Assembly: GCA_050246755.1 (NCBI GenBank) | Contig: JBFWVL010000003.1 | Span: 160,001-224,000, forward strand | DNA length: 64,000 nucleotides | Source of the DNA: Bacteriovoracia bacterium | GTDB taxonomy: Bacteria; Bdellovibrionota; UBA1018; CAIPTA01 | Reading direction: 5' to 3' | Shown: positions 55,864-64,000 of the stretch, one piece after another | Layout: every line of letters starts with the position of its first letter | Numbering within the stretch: position 1 is the stretch's first letter | Notes under the pieces: model-generated | Seen by the model: only the letters and a program-made list of their open reading frames with translations | What the model was told of the DNA's origin: nothing | Databases searched by the model: none | Made by a program: the position numbers and the translations under genes

Positions 55864-56549
55864 GCGAGCTGATCGTCACGCGCGGCCTCACCAAGGCATT
55901 CCCCCGCCACAAGGGCGCGCGCACCGTGGTGAAGAAAATCGCCCACCTCACTTGGATGCGCGAGTTCGTGCCCGTTTTCGAGGGCGTTAACTTCCGCCTG
56001 AAAGCCGGTGAAAGCGTGGCTTTGCTTGGTCCGAATGGCTGCGGCAAGAGCACTTTTCTCCGCTGCTTGGCGGGCGTAATTGCTCCCACCGCCGGCGAAA
56101 TATTCCATCGGGGAAAGACCGTGGCCTTGCTCTCCCATGGATTCGGCAACTACGACGAGCTCGCCGTTTGGCAGAGCATCGTATTGGCCCAGCAGCTTTT
56201 CGGCGCTTCGCTGGCCGAGGCTAAAAAGAATATCGAGCAAGTGGGGGCATTCGCCGGAATCGAAGACCGGCTAAAAGACCCTTCTTCTCAGCTATCCGAG
56301 GGAATGCGCGCAAAGATTTCCCTTTCGGCGCTCGCCTTCGCGGAATTCGACGTGGCTCTCCTGGACGAAAGCCTGAACCACGTAGACGCCGATTTCCGCC
56401 AGCAATACCTCGAGCTGACACGGAAGTGGATAAGGGAGGGCCGCAGTCTCATCCTTACCTCCCACGATGAGCAGCTCCCCTTGCGTTTCGCTAATCGCTT
56501 GCTGAGGATCGAGAACAAAAAACTGACGCCGGCCAGCCGAACGAGTTAA
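55860..56549 (+). CDS. ABC polysaccharide export ATPase (Wzt-like, no C-terminal carbohydrate-binding domain)
   Basis: GPNGCGKST, LSEGMRAK, LLDE...VDADF and TSHD motifs. Confidence 0.85.
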   Translation: MSELIVTRGLTKAFPRHKGARTVVKKIAHLTWMREFVPVFEGVNFRLKAGESVALLGPNGCGKSTFLRCLAGVIAPTAGEIFHRGKTVALLSHGFGNYDELAVWQSIVLAQQLFGASLAEAKKNIEQVGAFAGIEDRLKDPSSQLSEGMRAKISLSALAFAEFDVALLDESLNHVDADFRQQYLELTRKWIREGRSLILTSHDEQLPLRFANRLLRIENKKLTPASRTS

Positions 56550-56559
56550 AATAGGGCCC

Positions 56560-57669
56560 ATGCCCAAGAAGATCAAAGTCATCACCAGCGATATGCACCT
56601 CTCCGCGGGGCGCTTCGTGGATGGCGTGCAGAACCCCCACGAAGATTTTTTCTTCGACCGCGAGTTCTGCGAGTTCATGGAATATTTTTCCAGCGGCAAA
56701 TACGGCGACGGCTGCGAAGTGGAGCTCATCCTCAATGGCGACGTGCTCGACTTCCTCAACGTGCAAACGCAGGGTGAGTTCGCCGACGTGGTTACCTCCG
56801 AAATCGCGGTCGAGAAATTGCGCGCTATCCTCGCCGGCCATCCGGAAGTGGTGGCCACCATGCAGCGTTTCGTGCGCAAGCCGGGCAAAAGAATTCTCTA
56901 CAACGTAGGCAACCACGACCTGGATTTATTTTTTCCGGCCGTGCGCGAAGAGTTTTGCCGGGCGATCGGCGGCGAACACTGGAAGCCCGAGCAAGTGTGG
57001 GTGAACGTGGAGACCGAGCTCCTCGCCTATCCCGAAGGAATCGAGGTACACCACGGGAATCAGTTCGAGGCCGTGCATACCACCAACTACCAGCAGCCCT
57101 TCGTGACCGAAAACCTGCCCGAGCCCATCCTCTACCTGCCCTGGGGCTCTGTATACGTGATCAAGATCATCAATCGCCTGAAGTGGGAGCGCGACTATAT
57201 CGACAAAGTACGCCCCGCTAAGCTCTTCATGGCGATCAGCTTGATCTTCGATCCCATCTTCACGCTGAAATTCTTCATTCTTTCGGCGTTCTACTTTTTG
57301 CACACGCGCTTCATCTATAACCCGCGCCGCCGCGCTACGATCACCAATACCCTCGAGATCATGAAGGAAGAAATCACGCCCTTCTACGGCCTCGAGGACG
57401 ACGCCCGCGCCATTCTCGACCAGAGGCCGAATGTGCACACCGTGATCTTCGGCCATACCCACGGCCCCATGCAACGCTTCTACCGCGACGGAAAAACGTA
57501 TATCAATACCGGTACGTGGACGCGGATGATCAACCTGGATTTCCGTAACCTCGGGCAATCCGCCAAGCTTACCTTCGCTTATATCGAGTACGACGATGAG
57601 GGTAAGCCGCGCGCTACCTTAGAGGAATGGCTCGGCCTTCATCACCCGCACCGCCCGTTTAATTTTTGA
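56560..57669 (+). CDS. Calcineurin-like metallophosphoesterase (paralog 2)
   Basis: SDMH, NGDV, GNHD, HGN, FGHTH and YINTGTW motifs. Confidence 0.88.
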   Translation: MPKKIKVITSDMHLSAGRFVDGVQNPHEDFFFDREFCEFMEYFSSGKYGDGCEVELILNGDVLDFLNVQTQGEFADVVTSEIAVEKLRAILAGHPEVVATMQRFVRKPGKRILYNVGNHDLDLFFPAVREEFCRAIGGEHWKPEQVWVNVETELLAYPEGIEVHHGNQFEAVHTTNYQQPFVTENLPEPILYLPWGSVYVIKIINRLKWERDYIDKVRPAKLFMAISLIFDPIFTLKFFILSAFYFLHTRFIYNPRRRATITNTLEIMKEEITPFYGLEDDARAILDQRPNVHTVIFGHTHGPMQRFYRDGKTYINTGTWTRMINLDFRNLGQSAKLTFAYIEYDDEGKPRATLEEWLGLHHPHRPFNF

Positions 57670-58566
57670 TTATTTTTCTTTATTGAGCTCATAGAGCTCG
57701 TAGAGCCCCGCCGCCGTCAGCCCCGTCGCCCCCAGCGCCTTCGCCCACTCTTCGGTGGAAAGCCCTTTTTCCTCGGGAACTAGGTCGTGCAGCTTACGCC
57801 CGCTTTTCACGTCTTGGCGCACGGAGTGCATGAGATCGGTAAAAAATCCCTGATAAAGGTCCCGGGAGAATTCAGCCTTCGAGTATTTTGCGTTACTGGT
57901 TACGCCGAATCTTTTCGCCGGAGTGGAAAACAGGCGCATCGTGCCGGAAACGTCGTATTCGCCGAGCTTCTTGTACCAATCGGCCACCGGCATCGGCTGC
58001 CCGAAGAGCGGATCCACCGCGTACCAGCCCTCGCCTTTCACGCGCACGATCGTAGCCGCATGATATTTCCAGTGGTGCCCATCTACCTCGAGGGGCCCAA
58101 CCGCCCATAGCTTCCGCACGCTGTCGTTGTGTAAATTTACGTTGAAGGTTTTTAAGTGAACGGCGATCGCCAGGGCCCAGCACATACCCTTGCCTTTTTT
58201 CGTGGCCACCTCCGCGCACATGGCCGGGTTTATTTTTGGATCGGTCACGATATCGCGAAAAAGATTCTGCAGATCCTGCTTGCTGAGCTCCAATTTCCGG
58301 CGCGAACCGGCACTTCCGCCGAGGGGTTCGCTTTTCAGCGCTTTCAAAACGTCCTCGTTCAGCTCTTCCGTTTGCCCCAGCATTCCGCGCGGGAGCTGCA
58401 GAAGGTCTTCGTCGGTATTCGCCAGGATTTCGAATTCTTTTTTCGTGGGGCCGTAGGTGAGCTGAAAAAGATGATTGCAGTTTTCCACTTTCGCTTTTTT
58501 CCAGCCGGCGCGCGCGGGCCGGGGCGCTAGGGCGAGAAAAAGGAGTAGAAATAGCGCGAGCTTCAT
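57670..58566 (-). CDS. Secreted protein-glutamine glutaminase-like enzyme
   Basis: Signal peptide; GMCWALA, WKYHAAT and WYAVDP give a Cys-His-Asp triad. Confidence 0.75.
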   Translation of the reverse strand: MKLALFLLLFLALAPRPARAGWKKAKVENCNHLFQLTYGPTKKEFEILANTDEDLLQLPRGMLGQTEELNEDVLKALKSEPLGGSAGSRRKLELSKQDLQNLFRDIVTDPKINPAMCAEVATKKGKGMCWALAIAVHLKTFNVNLHNDSVRKLWAVGPLEVDGHHWKYHAATIVRVKGEGWYAVDPLFGQPMPVADWYKKLGEYDVSGTMRLFSTPAKRFGVTSNAKYSKAEFSRDLYQGFFTDLMHSVRQDVKSGRKLHDLVPEEKGLSTEEWAKALGATGLTAAGLYELYELNKEK

Positions 58567-58594
58567 AGCCAAGGTATCGGCACAACGCGGAGAT

Positions 58595-59176
58595 TTATTT
58601 TGCTTTTTCGGCCAGTTCGCCTTTGGCCACCGCCGCCGCGAGCAACCCCCTCAGGTGAGCCCAAAGCTCCGGCAGAACGGCCTCAATGGCCGAGCCGCTC
58701 TTTTCCACTACCTGCTCCAAGGTTATCCCGTGCTGTTTCCAGGCATGGCCACGGTTGAGGAGATTGGAATACACGGGAAGAAAACGGTCGAGAGCCCCCA
58801 CGAAAATGGATTCGGGACAGCGCTTGGCCTCGAATCGTTCCCAAAGCTCTACCCACTCTCTTCCCTCGGGAAGGAGGCCGAAAATCCTCCGAGCCGAAGC
58901 CGATTCTTCCGCCGCTTTTTTCGAATGGTCGCCGTAGAGAAAGGTATCGCCCGCGTCGATCTCCACCACGTCGTGGAGGATCGCCATGCGTAGCGCGGTC
59001 AAAAGATCCACCCTCCCGGCCACTTGGGGGTGGAATGCCATCACGGTGATCGCCAAATGCCAGGAATGCTCGGCCGAATTTTCCAGCCGCTCACCGGAAT
59101 ACACGAGCGATTTTCTCTCGATCATTTTCAGGCGGTCTACTTCCCGGGTGAAGGCTAATAGCGACGAAATATCCAT
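58595..59176 (-). CDS. HD domain phosphohydrolase (YfbR/HDDC2-like)
   Basis: ENSAEHSWHLA and HDVVEIDAGD motifs; start moved to ATG 59176. Confidence 0.9.
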   Translation of the reverse strand: MDISSLLAFTREVDRLKMIERKSLVYSGERLENSAEHSWHLAITVMAFHPQVAGRVDLLTALRMAILHDVVEIDAGDTFLYGDHSKKAAEESASARRIFGLLPEGREWVELWERFEAKRCPESIFVGALDRFLPVYSNLLNRGHAWKQHGITLEQVVEKSGSAIEAVLPELWAHLRGLLAAAVAKGELAEKAK

Positions 59177-59233
59177 GCGCTTTACTCTAGTACAGCAAAG
59201 CAGACACGGAAACGTTTTTCCTTTTCCACCTCT

Positions 59234-59260
59234 CAAGTTGGAGTCGGTAGATGTCGATAG
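59234..59260 (+). promoter_or_regulatory. sigma28-like promoter
   Basis: CAAG-N15-GTCGATAG, 10 nt before ATG 59271. Confidence 0.5.
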
Positions 59261-59270
59261 ATTAGACAGG

Positions 59271-59603
59271 ATGATTCGTTTAACGCTTATGGATGGCAGC
59301 ACCTGCGAAATTAATCGCGCCGACGCGCGCGGTTTAGTTCCGTATACGCACGTGTTCTCCTCGCCGCTTTTACGCGCGCCGATCGAAGGCGTGCTCTGCC
59401 ATAAGGGAAAACCCCTCCCCGTGCTCGGCCCCTTGCCGAGCGCCGATGAAATTTCCCGGGATATAAATAGTCGCCCCTGGATCTTGGTTTTCGAAGACCA
59501 TGCCCAGGTAATTCGCGGCTTGCCGGATTTCGGCGATCAAAGCGCCACGCTGCTCAAGTTCGAAGAGGCAGAAGCGCCGAAGGCGCAACTCAGGATCGCG
59601 TAA
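59271..59603 (+). CDS. Divergent CheW-like protein
   Basis: PLLRAPIEGVLCHKGKPLPVL resembles the CheW P....I.GV...RG..LPV motif. Confidence 0.55.
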   Translation: MIRLTLMDGSTCEINRADARGLVPYTHVFSSPLLRAPIEGVLCHKGKPLPVLGPLPSADEISRDINSRPWILVFEDHAQVIRGLPDFGDQSATLLKFEEAEAPKAQLRIA

Positions 59604-60735
59604 GCGCCTTTTCCAAAACCGCCAGATAACTTTTGCGAAAATGCTCCCGCGAAAACTCCTCCGCGCGCGCGCGCGCCGCTTCGGGGCGGAAGCGCGAAAA
59701 TTCTTTCTCAAACTTTTCGATCGCCCCGTTCAAGCTTTCCACCGTTTGCTCGGGAAAAAATAGTCCCGTTTCGTCCGTAACGGTATCGAGCAATCCGCCC
59801 TTTCCGTACGCGATCACCGGGCGCCCGGAATACATCGCCTCAAGGGGCGTGATGCCGAAATCCTCTAAGCCCGGAAACAAAAATGCCTTCGCTTTACGGT
59901 AAAATTCCCCGAGGCTTTCGTTCGAGAGCCCGCCGAGAAACTGGATATTGTTATGCCCTTTGGCCAGCGCCTTTAATTTTCTCTCGTCTTGCCCTTTACC
60001 AATCACCACCAGCCGGCGCCCGCTCTGGATAAACGCCTCCACGGCGAGATCGATGCGCTTGTAGGGCGCGAAGGCCGAAACGATGAGGTAATAATCCTTG
60101 GGCTCTTCCAGCAGCGTCCCGAATTTTTCGCGGTCGAAAAAGGGATGCACTACCACCGAATCCCGGTTCCAGAATTTCCTGATTCTTTCCTGCACGAAAC
60201 GCGAATTCGCCATCAACACGTCCACCGCCGGCGTGGTGCGCACGTCCCAGCGCTGGAGATAGGGCCGCACGAATTTAGCGGCCGCCGTCACGAGCGCGGA
60301 GCTCTTTCCCGGGCCGAAGTATTCGTCGAACATATCCCAGATATAGCGCATCGGGGTGGACACGTAGGACACGTGGAGGGCGCCCGGTTTCTTACGCACG
60401 CCTTTGGCCACGCAATGAGTATTGGAAAGAATCAAATCGTACCGCGAGAGATCGAGGCTCTCCACGGCATGGGGAAAAATCGGCAAGAGCTTCCGGTATC
60501 CCTCGCGGAAACGCGGAAGGCCCATGAGCTTTTGCAGGTAAGAATGGTGAACCTGGCGACCATTCAGGATATGGGGGCTCATTTGGTAATCAGTTTGGAG
60601 AAGGGTATAAAGATCGGCGTGCGGGAAAAGCTCGCAGATCACGTCGAGAATAGCCTCCCCGCCCCGCATGCCCGTGAGCCAGTCGTGCACGATCGCCACG
60701 CGGCCGGGCTCGTGGGTCCAAGCCGGCAAGCTCAC
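59590..60735 (-). CDS. GT4 glycosyltransferase (mannosyltransferase-like)
   Basis: VAIVHDWLTGMRGGE, TPMRYIWD and EDFGITPLEAM motifs. Confidence 0.93.
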   Translation of the reverse strand: MSLPAWTHEPGRVAIVHDWLTGMRGGEAILDVICELFPHADLYTLLQTDYQMSPHILNGRQVHHSYLQKLMGLPRFREGYRKLLPIFPHAVESLDLSRYDLILSNTHCVAKGVRKKPGALHVSYVSTPMRYIWDMFDEYFGPGKSSALVTAAAKFVRPYLQRWDVRTTPAVDVLMANSRFVQERIRKFWNRDSVVVHPFFDREKFGTLLEEPKDYYLIVSAFAPYKRIDLAVEAFIQSGRRLVVIGKGQDERKLKALAKGHNNIQFLGGLSNESLGEFYRKAKAFLFPGLEDFGITPLEAMYSGRPVIAYGKGGLLDTVTDETGLFFPEQTVESLNGAIEKFEKEFSRFRPEAARARAEEFSREHFRKSYLAVLEKALTRS

Positions 60736-61685
60736 TAAATTTCCTTCTTGAAGGCTTCGATGGTCATGCGCAGGCCGTCTTCCAGATTCACCTTGGGCTC
60801 CCAGCCGAGGATCTTGCGGGCCTTGGTGATATCGGGGCAGCGGCGGCGCGGATCATGCGGGCGCGCCGGCAAGAATTCCAGCTCGAGCTTGGTGCCGGCC
60901 ACTTTCTGCACGGCTTTCGCGAAATCGAGGAGCGGAGTTTCCACCGGGTTTCCGCAGTTCACGGGCAGCTGCTCTTTCGATTGGGAGAGTTTGTAGATTC
61001 CGTCCACGAGGTCGCTCACGTAGCAGAAGGAACGGGTCTGAGTGCCGTCGCCGTGCAGGGTGAGTTTTTTTCCGCGCAAGGCTTGCGCGCAGAGTTCAGG
61101 AACCACGCGGCCGTCGTTGAGGCGCATACGAGGGCCGTAGGTATTGAAGATCCTCACGATACGGGTATCGAGATTGTATTTCTTGTTGTACACCATCACG
61201 GCCGCTTCCGAGAAACGCTTGGCTTCGTCGTAGCAGGAGCGGGGCCCAATCGAGCTCACGTTGCCCCAGTACTCTTCCGTCTGGGGATGCACGAGCGGAT
61301 CGCCGTATACTTCCGAGGTGGAAGCGATGAAAAACTTGGAGCCGCCTTTACGCGCGTACTCGAGGGCGTTCAACGTGCCCTTGGAATCCACTTCGAGGAT
61401 CTCGAGCGCGAGCTGTTCGAAATCGATGGGGCTCGCGGGGCAGGCGAAGTGCAGCACCATATCGAAATTGCCGCCGAAGGGATTCTTGAAATCGAATTTG
61501 TTAATCACGTCTGCTTTTTCGAAACGGAAATCGGGGTGCTTGAGCGGCTCCTTGATATTGTCTTCCCGTCCGGTGAGGAAATTATCCACGCCGAGAACCG
61601 CGAAACCTTCTTTCAGGAAACGTTCGCTAAGGTGGGAGCCGATGAAGCCCGCTGCGCCAGTGATCAATACGGATTTTTTTGCCAT
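60735..61685 (-). CDS. UDP-glucuronate decarboxylase family SDR (UDP-xylose synthase-like)
   Basis: TGAAGFIGSH, ACPASP, ASTSEVYGDP, CYDEAKR and RIFNTYGPRM motifs. Confidence 0.92.
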   Translation of the reverse strand: MAKKSVLITGAAGFIGSHLSERFLKEGFAVLGVDNFLTGREDNIKEPLKHPDFRFEKADVINKFDFKNPFGGNFDMVLHFACPASPIDFEQLALEILEVDSKGTLNALEYARKGGSKFFIASTSEVYGDPLVHPQTEEYWGNVSSIGPRSCYDEAKRFSEAAVMVYNKKYNLDTRIVRIFNTYGPRMRLNDGRVVPELCAQALRGKKLTLHGDGTQTRSFCYVSDLVDGIYKLSQSKEQLPVNCGNPVETPLLDFAKAVQKVAGTKLELEFLPARPHDPRRRCPDITKARKILGWEPKVNLEDGLRMTIEAFKKEI

Positions 61686-61803
61686 GGGAATACGCTACCC
61701 CGAAATTCCTCGGGCGGGAAGAGTTAGCCCGGCGATTGACTCACCGCTTCTCCGCTACGAAACCTCTTGCCCAGCAACTCGGCCCTCTGCTGTAATCCAA
61801 AGC

Positions 61804-62844
61804 GTGAAAAGAATCCTCGTAGACGCACGCATGGTGAAGGCCGAAGGTCACGGCATCGGCAACTATACTCTGCAGATGGCGGAGGGCTTAGCCGAAATCC
61901 AGAAGACCTACGAACTGCTCTACCTCGTGGACAAAAACCTTCCCGCGGATCACCCGCTGCGAAAACAAAATCACCGTGATTCCCAAATCCCTTTTCTCCA
62001 CGCCCTGGAACCGTTTCGGCTCGGCAAAGAAATCATGAAATTCAAGCCGGCCCTCTACCATAGCCCCAGCTTCGCCAGTCTCTGGAGCTATCCCGTTCCC
62101 TATGTGCAAACCGTGCACGACCTGAATCACCTGCATTTTGGCTCTGCCCTCCAAAAAATTTACTACGCTACGCTGCTCCTGCCTTCGCTCAAAAAAGCCA
62201 AACGCATCCTCACCGTTTCCGAAAGCTCCCGCGCCGAGATCTCCGCCTGGCTAAAGAGCCAGGGCGTGGAAAAAGAAATCACGCTGGCCGAGAATGCCAT
62301 TCCATTGCCGAAACTCCCTCCTAATCCCGACTTGCTAAAGCGCTGGCAACTTCGGCCGGGAGCCTATTTTCTCGCCCTTTCTAATAGTAAGCCCTTTAAG
62401 AACCTTGCATTTCTGAAAGCGGCCTACCGAAAATCCGGATCTAAGCTCCCGCTGGTGATCAGCACCAAGGGCGAGTCCGGTGAGGGAATTGTTCATACCG
62501 GCCCGCTCAGCGAAGAAGAATTGGCCACGCTTTTGCCGAATGCTTCCGCGATTTTTTTTCCTTCGCTCTACGAAGGCTTTGGCCGCCCTCCTCTCGAAGG
62601 CGCGCTCGCCGGAACGATCCCGGTGGTTTCGGATATTGCGCCCCACCGCGAGGTATTGCGCGGCGTGAAGGAAGCCGTTTTCCTCTCTCCCCGGGAGAGC
62701 GCGGACTGGGAAGCCATTTTTCAAAACCCTCCCGCGGAAAAAGTTTCCGCGGAGTCGAAGCGCTGGATCCAAGAAACCTATCCCCTCCAGAAGCTCGCCA
62801 ATGCCATGCACACCATCTATATGGATGCTCTGGAACAACCATGA
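61804..62844 (+). CDS. GT4 glycosyltransferase
   Basis: VDAR...GIGNY, TVHDL and PSLYEGFGRPPLE motifs; start moved to GTG 61804. Confidence 0.9.
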   Translation: MKRILVDARMVKAEGHGIGNYTLQMAEGLAEIQKTYELLYLVDKNLPADHPLRKQNHRDSQIPFLHALEPFRLGKEIMKFKPALYHSPSFASLWSYPVPYVQTVHDLNHLHFGSALQKIYYATLLLPSLKKAKRILTVSESSRAEISAWLKSQGVEKEITLAENAIPLPKLPPNPDLLKRWQLRPGAYFLALSNSKPFKNLAFLKAAYRKSGSKLPLVISTKGESGEGIVHTGPLSEEELATLLPNASAIFFPSLYEGFGRPPLEGALAGTIPVVSDIAPHREVLRGVKEAVFLSPRESADWEAIFQNPPAEKVSAESKRWIQETYPLQKLANAMHTIYMDALEQP

Positions 62845-64000
62845 GAGCCTTTCTTCGCGACCTCGGCCAGGCTTCGCTTTTCCTCCTCGCCATTTTTCTC
62901 GGCTCCGTTCTCGGCAGCCTCCTCTTTTTCTACCTCCCGGTGATTCCCGTGCTCACCAATCCCCGTGAGATCGTGAGCCCGCTTACGGCGCTGAACTTCG
63001 CCCCGGTAAATAACGTGATCCGCTTCGGCCTCTATCTCCTTTCCCCTATTTTGTTTTTTCTGTTGCTCCGTCCCCTGCGCGCCCGGCTCGCGCACCCCAG
63101 CCCGGAAAGCTTTCCGGAGCTTTACTCCGCGAAAAGTGCGTGGATGCTCACCCAAGTATTTTTCTTGGCTAGCTCGCTGGCGCTCCTGGGCATCGCCACT
63201 TTTCTCGACACCCGTGAAATAAACGACTTCTGGTTCTTCCATGAAGGCGAATGGCTAGCGCCGGCCTGGAAATGGCTCCAAACCGGCCAAATCTGGCGAG
63301 GTTCTTTCTTCGCGCACGGGGCTTTCTACGATGCCTTAGGCTCGGGCCTAGCCTGGAAAATATTCTCCGTCACGAACATCGCCGCCAGCCGCGTGATGAC
63401 GAGCTTTCTCGAAAAGGTCGTCTACCTTCCGCTGATGGCCACGATGGTTACCTGCGCGCACTTCACCTACGCCGTGAAGTCTCGCTACGCGGCGGCGATT
63501 TTTTTCCGCGCTCGCGATGCTCACGGCTTTCTATCTCACCCAGGGGCAATGGCAGCACTTTGAACGCCGGGATTTTCCCGCCCTCTGCGGCTTCGTTTTT
63601 TTCCTCTACGGATTAGGCACGAATCGCCGGCGTTGGTTTTCGCTCGCGGGAATCCTGCTCGGCTGTTCTTGGATCTACTCCATCGACCGCGGCATCTACC
63701 TCACCGCCGGTTTTTTCGGTGTTCTCGGGGCGGTCGCCGTTATTACGCGAAACTGGAAAGAGCCTCTGCGGCAGGCACTGCTAATTCTGCTGGGCTGGAC
63801 GATCTCTTTTTTGACATTTGGTTTCATTTTCGGATTTCCAGAGCTCGCCGCGGGAATCCGCACCACCATGCAGCTCTTCGCCATCAAAGACCTCAGCGAT
63901 GGGTCGGTATACCCTCCACCCGCATTTCCGATCTCGAATTGGAAATTCCTCCGCACCACCCATACTTTTCCTCTCGTGTGCCTGGCGATCCAGCTGCTCG
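62841..64000 (+). pseudogene. Large polytopic membrane protein (GT-C-like) interrupted by a +1 frameshift in a T7 run; runs off the window
   Basis: Removing one T from 63499..63505 gives a frame open to 64000 with TM-like sequence (...WIYSIDRGIYL...); may be a sequencing error. Confidence 0.65.

Noticed and set aside
61261-61803. N-terminal extension of the GT4 ORF (likewise 53956..54090, 59177..59302, 38935..39021, 25889..25972)
   Set aside because: These extensions overlap divergent genes or promoter regions; downstream starts match the family N-termini or have an SD.

Overview
Gene-dense bacterial chromosomal window. The gene content points to a Bdellovibrionota-like predator (inference): a TIGR02147-family gene, many small secreted Cys-containing proteins, an AglZ-like/Hypr-GGDEF pair, FliL, PilZ and bactofilin. 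From 1 to ~40 kb it is mostly housekeeping and envelope genes: gldAFG-like ABC transporter, rdgB, kdsB-pyrG-kdsA, kdsC-lptC/A-lptB-rpoN-hpf-rimK, ald, split transketolase, queG and bolA-grxD. It also holds a GGDEF enzyme with the Asp-to-Ser Hypr signature (candidate 3',3'-cGAMP synthase) followed by a metallophosphoesterase. From ~40 to 64 kb is a glycan-modification locus. The main observation there is a 34-aa ORF missing from the ORF track (50436..50540, minus strand, MTKENVKKTGKSKKTYQKPTLTKYEKIKRVHAYF). It has a lasso-type YxxPxL RRE-binding leader and only a Tyr-Phe tail, and it lies between a stand-alone PqqD/RRE gene and an S24/S26 peptidase. Around it are two GT2 glycosyltransferases with C-terminal RRE-like domains, a nucleotidyltransferase-like protein, an HprK-like kinase, a TMTC-like GT-C and a Wzm/Wzt transporter, but no lasso cyclase or radical SAM. 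This looks like a glyco-RiPP or peptide-primed glycan system that I do not recognise as described. A repeat-rich GH73 peptidoglycan hydrolase with a candidate immunity partner is embedded in the locus. I saw no rRNA, tRNA, CRISPR array or mobile element. All family calls come from motif recognition by eye, not database searches.
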